In this document: in pieces, positions 39,272 to 49,605 of the stretch
Layout of the letters: each line of letters begins with the position of its first letter
How positions within the stretch are numbered: the stretch's first letter is position 1
NCBI GenBank assembly: GCA_963770565.1
Contig: CAVYQE010000011.1
Span: 800,001-864,000 of the forward strand
DNA: 64,000 bases
Source of the DNA: an uncultured Actinomycetota bacterium
GTDB lineage: Bacteria > Actinomycetota > Actinomycetes > JAFAQI01
Direction of reading: 5' to 3'
Translations under genes and position numbers: made by a program
Notes under the pieces: model-generated
Seen by the model: only the letters and a program-made list of their open reading frames with translations
The model's database searches: none
What the model was told of the DNA's origin: nothing

Positions 39272-39447
39272 TCAAGGCCGCACACCTGACCACGAGCGTC
39301 AGTGTCGCCGACGACGCTCCGAACGATCCGTCACTTATCGCGCCGCCCAGTCCGTGAGTTTTTCGACATCGGCGGGGATGAGGTTGTGTACCGCTAATCC
39401 GCTGCGCGCCTACTGATCTGCGCAGCAGGACCTCGCATTGCCACTGG

Positions 39448-39491
39448 TCGGGGGCACATCGGGGGCACATCGGGGGCACATCGGGGGCACA
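39448..39491. repeat. 4 x 11-bp tandem repeat TCGGGGGCACA (putative integrase arm sites)
   Basis: Perfect tandem repeats ~100 bp from the glnA stop; the same GGGGCACA occurs at 13219/13230. Confidence 0.8.
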
Positions 39492-39594
39492 AAGGCACGA
39501 GAAACGGCCGCCGACGTTGAGTAGCGCCGAGAAGCGTTCTCCCAGGTCAGCGGCCGTTTTCGAGCCAAAATAGCAGGTCAGAAACCTGTCGCGA

Positions 39595-41025
39595 CTATAT
39601 GTCGTAATAGAGGGCGAACTCGTACGGGTGCGGTCGCAACCTAATCGCGTCGACTTCGTGCTCTCGTTTGTAGTCGATCCAGGTGTCGATCACGTCGGGG
39701 GTGAAGACGCCACCCTCGAGCAGGTAGTCGTGGTCACCTTCGAGGATGTCCAGCACCGCCTCGAGCTGACCCCGGCACCTGGGCAACCGCAGACAGCTCG
39801 TCCGGCGGCAGCTCGTAGAGGTCCTTGTCGACCGGCTCCGGCGGCTCGATCTTGTTCCGTACGCCGTCGAGCCCGGCCATCAGCATCGCTGAGAACGCCA
39901 GATACGGGTTGCACGACGGGTCCGGCACGCGGAACTCCAGCCGCTTCGCCTTCGGGTTCGACCCGGTGATTGGGATTCGGCAGCAGGCCGAGCGGTTCCG
40001 CTGCCGAGTAGACCAGGTTGACCGGCGCCTCGTAGCCGGGCACCAGTCGGCGGTAGGAGTTCGTGGTCGGGTTGGTGAACGCCAGCAGCGACGGCGCGTG
40101 CTTGAGCAGCCCGCCGATGTAGTGCCGCGCCATGTCCGAGAGCCCGGCGTAGCCGATCTCGTCGTAGAACAGCGGCTCGCCGTCCTTCCACAGCGTCTGG
40201 TGGCAGTGCATGCCCGAGCCGTTGTCCATGAAGATCGGCTTCGGCATGAAGGTGACGGTCCGGCCGTGCTGGCGTACGCGACGTTCTTCACGACGTACTT
40301 GAAGTTCATCAGGTTGTCGGCGGTCTTGAGCAGCGTGCCGAACCGGAAGTCGATCTCGGCCTGCCCGGCCGTGCCGACCTCGTGGTGCTGCATCTCGACG
40401 TCGATGCCGATCTCCAGCAGCACCCGGACCATCTCCGACCGCAGGTCGGTGAAGTGGTCGGTCGGCGGCACCGGGAAGTAGCCGCCCTTGTAGCGCGGCT
40501 TGTAGCCCTGGTTGCCGCCCGGCTCCTCACGCCCGGAGTTCCACGCACCCTCGACCGAGTCGATGTAGTGGTAGGACGCAGTGCGGCGTCTGGTCGTAGC
40601 GGACGTCGTCGAAGATGTAGAACTCCGCCTCCGGCCCGAAGTACGACGTGTCCGCGATCCCGGAGCCGGCGCAGGTAGTCCTCGGCCTTCTTCGCGATGT
40701 TGCGCGGGTCGCGGCTGTAGGCCTCGCCGGTCAGCGGGTCGTGGATGAAGAAGTTCATGATCAGCGTCGGGTGCTGGCGGAACGGGTCCATGTACGCCGT
40801 ACTCGGGTCCGGCAGCAGCAGCATGTCCGACTCGTGGATCTGCTGGAAGCCGCGGATCGACGACCCGTCGAACATCAGCCCGTCGGAGAACACGCTCTCG
40901 CCGAAGTTCGACGCCGGGAACGTGAAGTGCTGCATGATCCCCGGCAGGTCGCAGAACCGTACGTCGACGAACTGCACCTCATTCTTGTTGATGTAGCCGA
41001 GAACCTCGTCGGAGCTTTCGAACAT
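39595..41025 (-). CDS. glnA: Glutamine synthetase type I-beta; about 5 frameshifts, probably sequencing errors
   Basis: [32 protein letters not shown]...[36 protein letters not shown] spread over 4+ frames. Confidence 0.95.
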
Positions 41026-41152
41026 CGCGGTCTGCCGCCTCCTCGGGCGCTCGTGGCGCCTGCTGCTGTAGTGGCCGGGCCGGCGAAGCGGCCCGTCGCG
41101 GGCAACCTATCCGGCCCGGTGACCCGGACTCCCGCCACGGTAGGCATTCGCG

Positions 41153-41190
41153 GTTGACCGGCGGTTACCCGCGTGTTTCGCCGGTGTTAC
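41153..41190 (-). promoter_or_regulatory. Tandem GlnR boxes upstream of glnA
   Basis: GTAAC-n6-GAAAC-n6-GTAAC-n6-TCAAC matches the actinobacterial GlnR consensus. Confidence 0.85.
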
Positions 41191-41223
41191 GTGGCCCGCG
41201 AGTCGCGGGCTAGCGTGTGCGCC

Positions 41224-41619
41224 ATGCCCGCCCCGGCCAGCCCGCCCGCGTCGCGCCGCGGCAGCGTGGCCAGCTTCGGATCGCGCGTGCTGGCGTTCGT
41301 CATCGACGGCGTCCTGGCCGACCTGGTCGCGATCGCCGCGCTGGGCGGCTTCCACACCGGCGGCGCGCAGACCCTCCTGTCCTACCTTGCGTTTCTGCTG
41401 ATCGAGCTGGGGTTCGTGACCGTCGCCGGCCAGACGCCCGGGATGCGGGTCGCCGCCATCGCGGTCCTGCGGGCCGACCGCAAGGGCCGGCCGGCGTTCA
41501 AGTGGGTGCTGCTACGTACGGCTCTGCTGGCCACCGTCGTACCGGCGCTGTTCAACGACTCGTCCGGCCGCGCCATGCACGACCGCGCCGCCGGCACCGT
41601 GATGGTCTACACCCGCTGA
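41224..41619 (+). CDS. RDD-family membrane protein
   Basis: RVLAF.ID, GQTPG, R.MHDR.AGT; conserved position divergent from glnA. Confidence 0.88.
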   Translation: MPAPASPPASRRGSVASFGSRVLAFVIDGVLADLVAIAALGGFHTGGAQTLLSYLAFLLIELGFVTVAGQTPGMRVAAIAVLRADRKGRPAFKWVLLRTALLATVVPALFNDSSGRAMHDRAAGTVMVYTR

Positions 41620-41643
41620 CCGCCGCCCCGCACTCAGTCCTTC

Positions 41644-41746
41644 TCTCCCGTTGCAGCACACAACGATCGCCAATTGGGGCGGCAAATGGGACGTCGGTTG
41701 GCGTGCCGGGCGCGGAGCGGGAGCGTTGTGTGCTGAAGCGGGGAGA
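41644..41746. repeat. Long imperfect inverted repeat between convergent genes (REP/terminator-like)
   Basis: TCTCCCGTTGCAGCACACAACG ... CGTTGTGTGCTGAAGCGGGGAGA. Confidence 0.55.
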
Positions 41747-41807
41747 CCCCGGGTACGACGGGTCGCGGCGGTGGCTGCGGATGCTGCGGCGGTGTGGGAG
41801 CGCCGGG

Positions 41808-42596
41808 TCAGCGCATCTTGCCGCGGGGGACCCGGGTCGGCATCGGCCCCTTGGGCAGCGGCATGCTCGGCCCGCCGAGCGCCTTCATCCGGGCCTCGAC
41901 CCCGTTGACCTCGGACTTCTTGAGGTTGCGCGGCAGCTTCACGACGTGCTGCTGCAGCTTGCGGATCGTCACCTGGCCCTCGCCGTCACCGACGAGTACT
42001 TCGTAGACCGGCGTCTCCGGCGCGACCCGGCCGATCCGCTTCTTCTGGTCGGAGATGAGCTGGCGGATCGCCGACGGTGACGGACCCTCGCCGACCAGTA
42101 CGATGCCGGGGCGGCCGATCACCCGATGGACCAGGTCCTGGTTGCGGGTGAAGGCGACCGCGGGCGTCACCCGCCAGTCGCCGCGCATGCCCTGCAGGAT
42201 CGCGGCTGCGGCGCCCGGCCGGCCCTCGACCTGCGCATACATCGTCTTGGTCGCACGCCGGCCGAAGATCGTCGTACCGGTGATCATCGCCGCGAGCACC
42301 GCGATGATCGAGAGCACCACGATCAGATGCAGCAGGATGCCCAGCACCACGAGGATCACGAGGACCGCCAGCGCGGGCCCGAGGATGAGCGGGATCGCCT
42401 TCGGATCCTGCTCGCGGGTCATCTTCCAGACGGCGCGGACCTGGGCGGCGCGGCCGGTCGGAGCGCCCGAGTCGGCCTCGGCCTTCGAGGAGCCCCGGGA
42501 GGCGTTGCGGCCCGTGTCGCGGCCGGAGCCCTTGGCGCCGGACTTGCTCGGGGCAGGCGCGGACGCCTTCGTCGGTCTGCGGAAGCTGCGGGCCAT
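41808..42596 (-). CDS. DUF4191 membrane protein
   Basis: EG.PGAA...QD.VHRVIGRPG.VLVGEG...PKGPMP; synteny with lipA/glnA. Confidence 0.9.
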   Translation of the reverse strand: MARSFRRPTKASAPAPSKSGAKGSGRDTGRNASRGSSKAEADSGAPTGRAAQVRAVWKMTREQDPKAIPLILGPALAVLVILVVLGILLHLIVVLSIIAVLAAMITGTTIFGRRATKTMYAQVEGRPGAAAAILQGMRGDWRVTPAVAFTRNQDLVHRVIGRPGIVLVGEGPSPSAIRQLISDQKKRIGRVAPETPVYEVLVGDGEGQVTIRKLQQHVVKLPRNLKKSEVNGVEARMKALGGPSMPLPKGPMPTRVPRGKMR

Positions 42597-42606
42597 GCCC
42601 GCGAGT

Positions 42607-42840
42607 CTATGAGCCGACGGCTCGCGCTTGGCTCACCGAAGCGTCAGCGCCGACCGAAGCCTGGGTCGGCCCGGCCGCGGCCACCGCGGTCGCCATCACC
42701 TCCGCGGCCTCGGCCCGCTCCCGCGCGCGCTTTGCGTCGGCCGACATCGCGGCCCACGCGTTGCGCCGCGCGGCGCGCTGGCCGCCGTCGGCCCACACCG
42801 CCCTCGCGACTGTTCGCAACACGTCTGGCATGAGAGCCAT
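42607..42840 (-). CDS. Small conserved actinobacterial hypothetical protein
   Basis: GGQRAARRNAWAAM..D..RA.ER.EA. Confidence 0.55.
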   Translation of the reverse strand: MALMPDVLRTVARAVWADGGQRAARRNAWAAMSADAKRARERAEAAEVMATAVAAAGPTQASVGADASVSQARAVGS

Positions 42841-42900
42841 GGTGCCCGTGGGTTATGACGGCCGCGTTGCCCCGCGGTGAACGGTTTGGGTCAATTTCGC

Positions 42901-43830
42901 TTAAGAAGTGCGCGCGGCGATCGCCTGCTGGTAGAGCCGCCCGGCCCGGTACGACGACCGCACCAGCGGGCCGCTCAGTACGCCCGCGAAGCCGATCGAC
43001 TCGGCGACCGCGGCCAGCTCGACGAACTCCTCCGGCCGCACCCACCGCTCGACCGCGTGGTGTCGCGGCGACGGCCGGAGGTACTGGGTGATCGTGACCA
43101 GGTCGCAGCCGGCGTCGTACAGGTCGGCCAACGCATCCTCGACCTCCGCACGGGTCTCGCCCAGCCCGAGGATCAGGTTCGACTTCGTCACCATGCCGGC
43201 GGCGCGCGCGGCGGTGATGACCGACAGCGAGCGGTCGTAGCGGAACGCCGGCCGGATCCGCTTGAAGATTCGCGGCACGGTCTCGAGGTTGTGCGCGAAG
43301 ACCTCGGGCGCGGCATCGAAGACCTGCGCCAGCAGCTCCGGGCGGGCCGAGAAGTCGGGTGCGAGCAGCTCGACGCCGGTGCCCGGGTTGAGCCGGTGGA
43401 TCGCGCGGACCGTCTCGGCGTACAGCCAGGCGCCCTCATCGTCGAGGTCGTCGCGCGCGACGCCGGTGATCGTCGCGTACCGCAGCCCCATCGCCTGCAC
43501 GCTCTCCGCGACCCGGCGCGGTTCGTCGAGGTCGAGCGGCTGCGGCTTGCCGGTGTCGATCTGGCAGAAGTCGCAGCGCCGGGTGCACTGGTCGCCGCCG
43601 ATGAGGAACGTCGCCTCCCGGTCCTCCCAGCACTCGTAGATGTTGGGGCAGCCGGCCTCTTCGCAGACCGTGTGCAGGCCCTCCCGCTTGACCAGCGCCT
43701 TGAGCTCGGTGAACTCAGCCCCCATCCGGGCCCGGGTCTTGATCCACGGCGGCTTCTTCTCGATCGGTACGGCGGAGTTGCGGGCCTCGACCCGCAGCAA
43801 CCTGCGCCCCTCCGGGGCCACCGCCGTCAC
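42901..43830 (-). CDS. lipA: Lipoyl synthase
   Basis: [25 protein letters not shown]. Confidence 0.97.
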   Translation of the reverse strand: MTAVAPEGRRLLRVEARNSAVPIEKKPPWIKTRARMGAEFTELKALVKREGLHTVCEEAGCPNIYECWEDREATFLIGGDQCTRRCDFCQIDTGKPQPLDLDEPRRVAESVQAMGLRYATITGVARDDLDDEGAWLYAETVRAIHRLNPGTGVELLAPDFSARPELLAQVFDAAPEVFAHNLETVPRIFKRIRPAFRYDRSLSVITAARAAGMVTKSNLILGLGETRAEVEDALADLYDAGCDLVTITQYLRPSPRHHAVERWVRPEEFVELAAVAESIGFAGVLSGPLVRSSYRAGRLYQQAIAARTS

Positions 43831-43893
43831 GAAATCGAGCCTACGCGCCGGGCCGGTGCGCGCGTGGCCCCCCTCGCGCACCCCCACCCTCGC

Positions 43894-43950
43894 TGATCTT
43901 GACGTTGGAGGCGCACAACCCGGGCTTGTGTGCCTCCAACGTCAAGATCA
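43894..43950. repeat. Near-perfect palindrome (REP-like hairpin)
   Basis: TGATCTTGACGTTGGAGGCGCACAA-CCCGGGC-TTGTGTGCCTCCAACGTCAAGATCA. Confidence 0.75.
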
Positions 43951-43966
43951 CGGCGAGAGCCGGGGG

Positions 43967-44698
43967 TCACGGCAGGACGGTCAGGTCGTCGCCGGCCGAG
44001 ACCGTGCCCGGCTCGAGCACCCGGGCGTAGATCCGCGACCAGCCCGGGTGCAGCTCGTGCGCCATCCGCCGGAAGTCGCCGTCGGCGAACCACGGCGCGT
44101 TCTTGCTGCACGGGGTCGAGTAGGTCGTCGTCTCGAGCAATGCGGTCCCGGCCCGGATCCGCTGCCCCGGGGTCACACTCGCCCAGTGGAGCCCGCGGAC
44201 GGCGATGTTCTCCCCGGCGTACCCGGGCGCGATCGGATGGCCTTCGGCGACCAGCTGGTCGATCACGTCCGCAGACCACAAGCAGACCGCCTGCCACGGG
44301 CGGCCGTGGTGCTCACGGTCGTCCTGCCGATCGGCGGTCAGGCCGGACCACTCGATCAGCGCCGGGCCGGCGATCTCGTGCTTGGGTACACCGCCTCGGC
44401 TCGCGTTGAGCTGCTCGACCGTGCCGTGCTGAGACGGGGTCGCGCGATGGCGGATCCGGGCGGCGTGCGCGATGGCATGCCACGGGCGGTGCACCTCGGC
44501 GAGGTTGTCGTCGTACGAGCCGCCGCGCCGGACGGCCGCCACGATCTCGGCGTCCGGCCGGAGGTCGGCGGCGATGTCGGGCGGCGCGCCGTCGGCAAGA
44601 TGCTCGAACCATGCCCCGACCACCCGCAGCGTGGTGAGGGCGTCCATCGGATTCCACTGGGCCGGGTCGAAGCCGCACTCGTCGCAGGCCGGCGTCAT
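43967..44698 (-). CDS. MOSC-domain protein with N-terminal CxxC segment
   Basis: GGVPK, HHG.P.QAVCL, PG.AGENI, PCSKN; N-terminal C.ECGF. Confidence 0.85.
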   Translation of the reverse strand: MTPACDECGFDPAQWNPMDALTTLRVVGAWFEHLADGAPPDIAADLRPDAEIVAAVRRGGSYDDNLAEVHRPWHAIAHAARIRHRATPSQHGTVEQLNASRGGVPKHEIAGPALIEWSGLTADRQDDREHHGRPWQAVCLWSADVIDQLVAEGHPIAPGYAGENIAVRGLHWASVTPGQRIRAGTALLETTTYSTPCSKNAPWFADGDFRRMAHELHPGWSRIYARVLEPGTVSAGDDLTVLP

Positions 44699-44760
44699 GC
44701 CACGATCATCGCAACCCGGCGCGGCGGAATCGACGGAGTTTCTTGCGCCGCGGGTCGCGG

Positions 44761-45405
44761 CTAGATCGGCGCGTGGACCGGGTCGAGTACCTGCAGCAGC
44801 GCGGCCTCGACGACCGGCAGCGCCTCGGCCACGGTGACGTCGCGGCCGAGCTCGCGGCTCAGCGACGTCACGCCCGCGTCGGTGATGCCGCACGGCACGA
44901 TCTGGTCGAAGCCGCCGAGGTCGCAGTCGCAGTTCAGCGCGAAGCCGTGCATCGTGACCCCGCGCGCGACCCGGACCCCGATCGCGGCGACCTTGCGGTC
45001 CGGCCCGCGCGAGTCGGCCGGCACCCACGTGCCGCTGCGCCCGTCGACCCGTACCGTCGCGAGCCCGAGCGCCTCGCAGGCCGCCATCATCGCGTCCTCG
45101 AGCCGCCGGACATGCCCGATCACGTCGATCGGCTTCGGCAGCATGACGATCGGGTAGCCGGTGAGTTGGCCGGGGCCGTGCCAGGTGATCTTGCCGCCGC
45201 GGTCGACGTCGACGACCGGCGTACCGTCGGCCGGCCGCTCCCAGACCTCGGTCCGCCGGCCCGCGGTGAAGACCGGGTCGTGCTCGAGCAGCAGCACGGT
45301 GTCGCCGATCTCGCCGGCCACCCGCCGCGCGTGCAGGTCGCGCTGCATCGCCCAGGCCTCGTCGTACCCGACCCGGCCGAGCCGTACCAGCTGCACCGCG
45401 CTCAC
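44761..45405 (-). CDS. lipB: Lipoyl(octanoyl) transferase
   Basis: [44 protein letters not shown]. Confidence 0.96.
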   Translation of the reverse strand: MSAVQLVRLGRVGYDEAWAMQRDLHARRVAGEIGDTVLLLEHDPVFTAGRRTEVWERPADGTPVVDVDRGGKITWHGPGQLTGYPIVMLPKPIDVIGHVRRLEDAMMAACEALGLATVRVDGRSGTWVPADSRGPDRKVAAIGVRVARGVTMHGFALNCDCDLGGFDQIVPCGITDAGVTSLSRELGRDVTVAEALPVVEAALLQVLDPVHAPI

Positions 45406-45477
45406 CCCTTCACGGTACGTCGCGCGGCCTGTGGATAGCGACGCCGTCGCGACCGCGATCCCTGCTCGAATGCAGCG

Positions 45478-46968
45478 ATGGACGAAGCGTTTGCGGTCAC
45501 GGGGTATGTCGTCGAGCAACTGATCGGCAGCGGTGGCGCGGGTGAGGTCTGGCGCGGGCGGGACGTCGTGACCGGCGACCCGGTTGCGCTGAAGCTGCTG
45601 CGCGGGCGGGGGGCGGCCGCGACCGAGCGGCTCCGGCGGGAGGCAGCCGTGCTCGCCTCGGTGGCCGGGCCGCATGTGATCGGCGTACGCGACTTCGTCG
45701 TCGAGGACGGCGCGGCGGTGTTGGTGATGGACCTCGCGGCCGGTGGCAGCCTGGCCGGGCTGCTCGCCTCCCGCGACCGGTTGTCGGCGCCCGAGACGGT
45801 GACGATCCTCGCGCCGTTGGCGACCGCGCTCGCCGCGGCGCATGCTCGCGGCCTGGTCCACGGCGACCTGACCCCGGCCAACATCCTGTTCTCGGGCGAC
45901 GGCCGGCCGCTGCTGGCCGACTTCGGGGTGGCCCGCGCGATCGGGTCTGCATCCGAGCCGGTTGAGGGGACGGTCGACTTCATGGATCCGGCTGTTCTCG
46001 GCGGGGCCGCGCCGACCGCGGCGAGCGATGTGTTCGCCCTCGGCGCGGTCGGCTTCCTCGCGTTGTGCGGCGAACCGTACTGGGGGACCGGCACGGTCGA
46101 CCAGGTCCAGGGTCGCGCGTTGGTCGGGATTCGGCCGGCCCTCGACGAGGTGCTGCCCGGCCTGCCGCACGCCTTGGTGGCCGCGATCGAGGCCGCGCTC
46201 TCGCACGATCCGCACGACCGGCCGGACGCGCGGTCGCTGGCCGACGCGGTGCTGCGCGCGTGCGCGGCGGCTCCGGTCCGGCTCGCGTTGCCCGCCATCC
46301 CGATCAGGATCCCGATCACCGAGTTGGTGCGACCCGCGGTCGGGATCGACCAGGACTTCGTCCGGCAGCTGGAGGCGCAACCGCCGCGGGTGCCATCGCC
46401 CTGGCGGCGGCACGCGACCGTCGCGGCCGGCGCGGTCGTGGCGATGGTCGGCTCGGCCGTCCTCGGCGTGCAGCTCGGCCACTACGGCGGCAACCAGGCG
46501 CCGTCGCTCCACGCTTTGCCGACACAGCTGAGCGGCGCCGCTGCGGCGATTCACAGCAGCCCGCCGCTCCAGGTCGACCTGGATCCGGACCCGAATTGGC
46601 GCGCGTTGGCTAGTCGGCTTGACGACGCGCGGGCGGCCGCGTTCGAGCAGGCTGATCCCTCTCGGTTGGCGGACGTGTACGTCGTGGGTTCGTCGGCGTA
46701 CTCGACCGATCATGCGACCGTCGCGTCGCTGGCCAGCCGTGGCCTGCACGCGAGCGGCTTCCAGGCCACCGTCGAGCACGTCACCGTCGACTCGTCGAGC
46801 GTGACCGGGGCGCGGCTGCGGGTGGTCGACCGACTCAGCGCCTACGACCTGCTCGACTCCACCGGGCGCGTGGTCGGGCACGGCGCGGCCCGGCCGGACC
46901 GCGCCTTCACGATGCGGCTCACGTGGTCGGCCGGCAAGTGGCGAGTCAGCCAGATCACCCCGGCCTAG
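45478..46968 (+). CDS. Membrane Ser/Thr protein kinase
   Basis: [34 protein letters not shown]; TM segment and C-terminal domain. Confidence 0.9.
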   Translation: MDEAFAVTGYVVEQLIGSGGAGEVWRGRDVVTGDPVALKLLRGRGAAATERLRREAAVLASVAGPHVIGVRDFVVEDGAAVLVMDLAAGGSLAGLLASRDRLSAPETVTILAPLATALAAAHARGLVHGDLTPANILFSGDGRPLLADFGVARAIGSASEPVEGTVDFMDPAVLGGAAPTAASDVFALGAVGFLALCGEPYWGTGTVDQVQGRALVGIRPALDEVLPGLPHALVAAIEAALSHDPHDRPDARSLADAVLRACAAAPVRLALPAIPIRIPITELVRPAVGIDQDFVRQLEAQPPRVPSPWRRHATVAAGAVVAMVGSAVLGVQLGHYGGNQAPSLHALPTQLSGAAAAIHSSPPLQVDLDPDPNWRALASRLDDARAAAFEQADPSRLADVYVVGSSAYSTDHATVASLASRGLHASGFQATVEHVTVDSSSVTGARLRVVDRLSAYDLLDSTGRVVGHGAARPDRAFTMRLTWSAGKWRVSQITPA

Positions 46969-47057
46969 CCCCACCAATGGCCCATGCGTGGGGCTATAGC
47001 CCCACCAATGGGCCATGCGTGGGCCGATAGCCCCACCGATGGGCCATGCGTGTGGGA
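46966..47057. repeat. 3 x ~31-bp palindromic tandem repeat
   Basis: TAGCCCCACCAATGGGCCATGCGTGGG units between convergent genes. Confidence 0.75.
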
Positions 47058-47064
47058 CGGCCGG

Positions 47065-47976
47065 TCAGAGGATCGCGCGGAGGGCGGCGTCGACGTCGGC
47101 GTAGGTGAACTCGAAGCCGGCGTCGAGCAGTTTCTGCGGTACGACCCGCTGACTCACGAGCGCGCCCTCGTCGGCGAACCCGCCGAGCGCGAGCCGCAGC
47201 CCGAACCCCGGCACCCGCGCGATCGCCGGCCGATGCAGCGCGCGGCCGATCGCGGCCGTGTAGTCGCGGTTGCGGACCGGCTCGGGCGCGACCAGGTTGA
47301 CCGGTCCCGAGATCTCGTCGTGGACGAGCAGGAAACGGATCGCGGCGAGCTCGTCCGACAGAGCGATCCACGGCATCCACTGCCGCCCCGGGCCGAGCTT
47401 GCCGCCGACGCCGAGCTTGAACAGCGGCAGGACCTTGCCGAGCGCGCCACCCTCGGCCGCGAGCACGACGCCCGAGCGCATCATCACGGTCCGCACGCCG
47501 GCCTCGGACGCCGCTGCAGTGGAGGCCTCCCACTGCTGCACGACGTCGGCGAGAAACCCGGTGCCCGGCAGGTCGGACTCGTCGAGCACCTGCTCGCCGC
47601 GCTCGCCGTAGTAGCCGACCGCGCTCGCCGACAGCAGCGCCCGCACCTGGTCGCGATGCCGGGCGACCGCGTCGGCGATCGTGGTCGTGCCCTCGACCCG
47701 ACTGTCGAGGACGGCGCGCTTGTGCGTGTCGGACCAGCGCTTGTCGGCCACGCCGACCCCGGCGAGGTGGATGACGGCGTCGACGCCGTCCAGCGCCGCG
47801 TCGTCGATCTCGTGCCGGCTCGGGTCCCAGCGGAACTCTTCCGCCGACCGCGGCTCGCGCCGTACCAACCGTCGTACGACGTGCCCGTCCGCACTCAGCA
47901 CTCGGACCAGCGCCGAGCCGATCAGGCCGGACGATCCGGTAACGGCGACGGTCGTCTGGTTCGTCGCCTGAGACAT
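47065..47976 (-). CDS. TIGR01777-family NAD-dependent epimerase/oxidoreductase
   Basis: VTGSSGLIG, HLAG, SASAVGYYG, GP.NL.AP. Confidence 0.92.
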   Translation of the reverse strand: MSQATNQTTVAVTGSSGLIGSALVRVLSADGHVVRRLVRREPRSAEEFRWDPSRHEIDDAALDGVDAVIHLAGVGVADKRWSDTHKRAVLDSRVEGTTTIADAVARHRDQVRALLSASAVGYYGERGEQVLDESDLPGTGFLADVVQQWEASTAAASEAGVRTVMMRSGVVLAAEGGALGKVLPLFKLGVGGKLGPGRQWMPWIALSDELAAIRFLLVHDEISGPVNLVAPEPVRNRDYTAAIGRALHRPAIARVPGFGLRLALGGFADEGALVSQRVVPQKLLDAGFEFTYADVDAALRAIL

Positions 47977-47980
47977 CGGG

Positions 47981-49587
47981 CTAGAGACCTAACTCCGCTT
48001 CGAACTCGCCGGCCTCGAGCCGGTTCTTGACCGTGGTCAGGAACCGCGCGGCGTCGGCGCCGTCGACCATCCGATGGTCGTAGGTCAGCGCGAGGTAGAC
48101 GATGTTGCGCACCGCGATGACCTCGCCCGCGATCGGGTCGTCGATCACGACCGGGCGCTTCACGACCGCGCCGGTGCCGAGGATGCCGACCTGCGGCTGG
48201 TTGAGGATCGGCGTGTCGAACAGCGCGCCGCGCGAGCCGGTGTTGGTCAGCGTGAACGTCCCGCCGCCGAGCTCGTCCGGGGTGATGTGGTTGTCGCGGG
48301 TCCGCGCCGCGAGGTCGTCGACCTTGCGCGCGATGCCGGCCAGGTTGAGGTCGTTGGCGTCGCGCAGCACCGGCGCCAGCAGGCCACGCGGGGTGTCGAC
48401 CGCGATCCCGAGCTGCACGTTGTCGTGATAGGTGACCGTCCCGGCCTCGAGGTCGATCGAGGAGTTGAGCACCGGGTGCTCGCGCAGCGCCTCGCAGGTC
48501 GCCAGGACGAAGAACGGCAGGTACGTCAGCTTCACGCCCTCGCGCGCCGCGAACTCGGCCTTGGCCCGCTCGCGCAGCCGCGAGATCCGGGTCAGGTCGG
48601 CCTCGACCACCGTGGTCAGCTGCGCGCTGATCCGCAGCGACTCGGTCATCCGCTCGGCGATCACGGTCCGCAGCCGCGACAGCTTCTCGGTGCTGCCCCG
48701 ACTCGGTACGACGACCGGCGCGGCCGGCGCCGCGATTCGTGCCGGCGCCGCGGGAGCGGCAGCCGCGGGTGCGGCAGCCGCGGGTGCGGCCGGTGCAGGC
48801 GCCGGGGGAGCGGCTGCCACCGGTGCCGCAGGCGCAGCCGCCTCAGGAGCCGCAGCGGGCGCCGCAGCGGGCGCCGCAGATCCGTTCGCGGCGGCGTCGA
48901 GCACGTCCTGCTTGCGGATCCGGCCGCCGACACCCGTGCCGGTCAGGCTCGACAGCTCGACCCCATGCTCGGCCGCAAGCCGGCGTACCAGTGGGGTGAC
49001 GTACGACGGGGCCTGCCCGCCGTCGTCGGCCGCCGCTGCCGGGGCGGCCGCGGCCGGAGCCGGCGCGGGTGCCGCAGGCGGTGCCGGGGGCGCAGGCGGT
49101 GCCGGTGGCGCAGGCGGCGGAGGTGGCTCGGCGGCAGCAACCGGCGCGGGCTCGGCGGGAGCCGGTGGCGCCGGCTCGGCCGCAGCCGGCGGAGCGGCGG
49201 CTGCAGGGGCAGCAGGTGCGGGAGGCGTCGGTGCGGGCGCGCTCACGAACGGGGTCGAGGCGGCGGCCGGCGCAGGCTCGGCGGCCGGCGCAGGCTCGGC
49301 GGCCGGAGCGGGTGCAGCCTCGGCAGCCGGAGCAGCGCGCTGACTGCGGCGCCGTCGTCGATCAGGGCCAGTTCGGTGCCGACGTCGACGGTTTCGTCCT
49401 CGGCGACCTTGATGCTCGACAGCACCCCGCTGGCGGGCGACGGGATCTCGGTGTCGACCTTGTCGGTCGAGACCTCGAGCAGCGGCTCGTCGGCGTCGAC
49501 GTGGTCGCCTTCGGCCTTCAACCAGCGGGTGACGGTGCCTTCGGAAACGCTCTCGCCGAGGCGCGGCATCGTGACGGACACGGACAT
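47981..49587 (-). CDS. sucB: 2-oxoacid dehydrogenase E2 (SucB/DlaT), one frameshift near 49340
   Basis: Lipoyl domain [14 protein letters not shown]; Ala/Pro linker; [11 protein letters not shown]3-binding; YDHR.VDGADA. Confidence 0.92.
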
Positions 49588-49605
49588 TGCTTCAGGGGCT
49601 CCTCG

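Larger units (their letters stand above)
13152..39617. mobile_element. Genomic island A (~26.4 kb) integrated in the glnA 3' end
   Basis: Identical ATGTCGTAATAGAG at 13156-13169 and 39599-39612; GGGGCACA repeats inside both ends; accessory gene content. Confidence 0.85.

Noticed and set aside
39448-39491. Tandem repeat as replication iterons or CRISPR
   Set aside because: No rep gene and no spacers; recurrence at the other island end fits arm sites better
39595-41025. Programmed frameshifting in glnA
   Set aside because: Several scattered indels with no slippery-site pattern; sequencing error is far more likely
46966-47057. Possible mini-CRISPR array
   Set aside because: Units are directly tandem with no unique spacers; no cas genes
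48700-49340. Low-complexity GC-rich repeats
   Set aside because: Ordinary Ala/Pro linker of the E2 subunit
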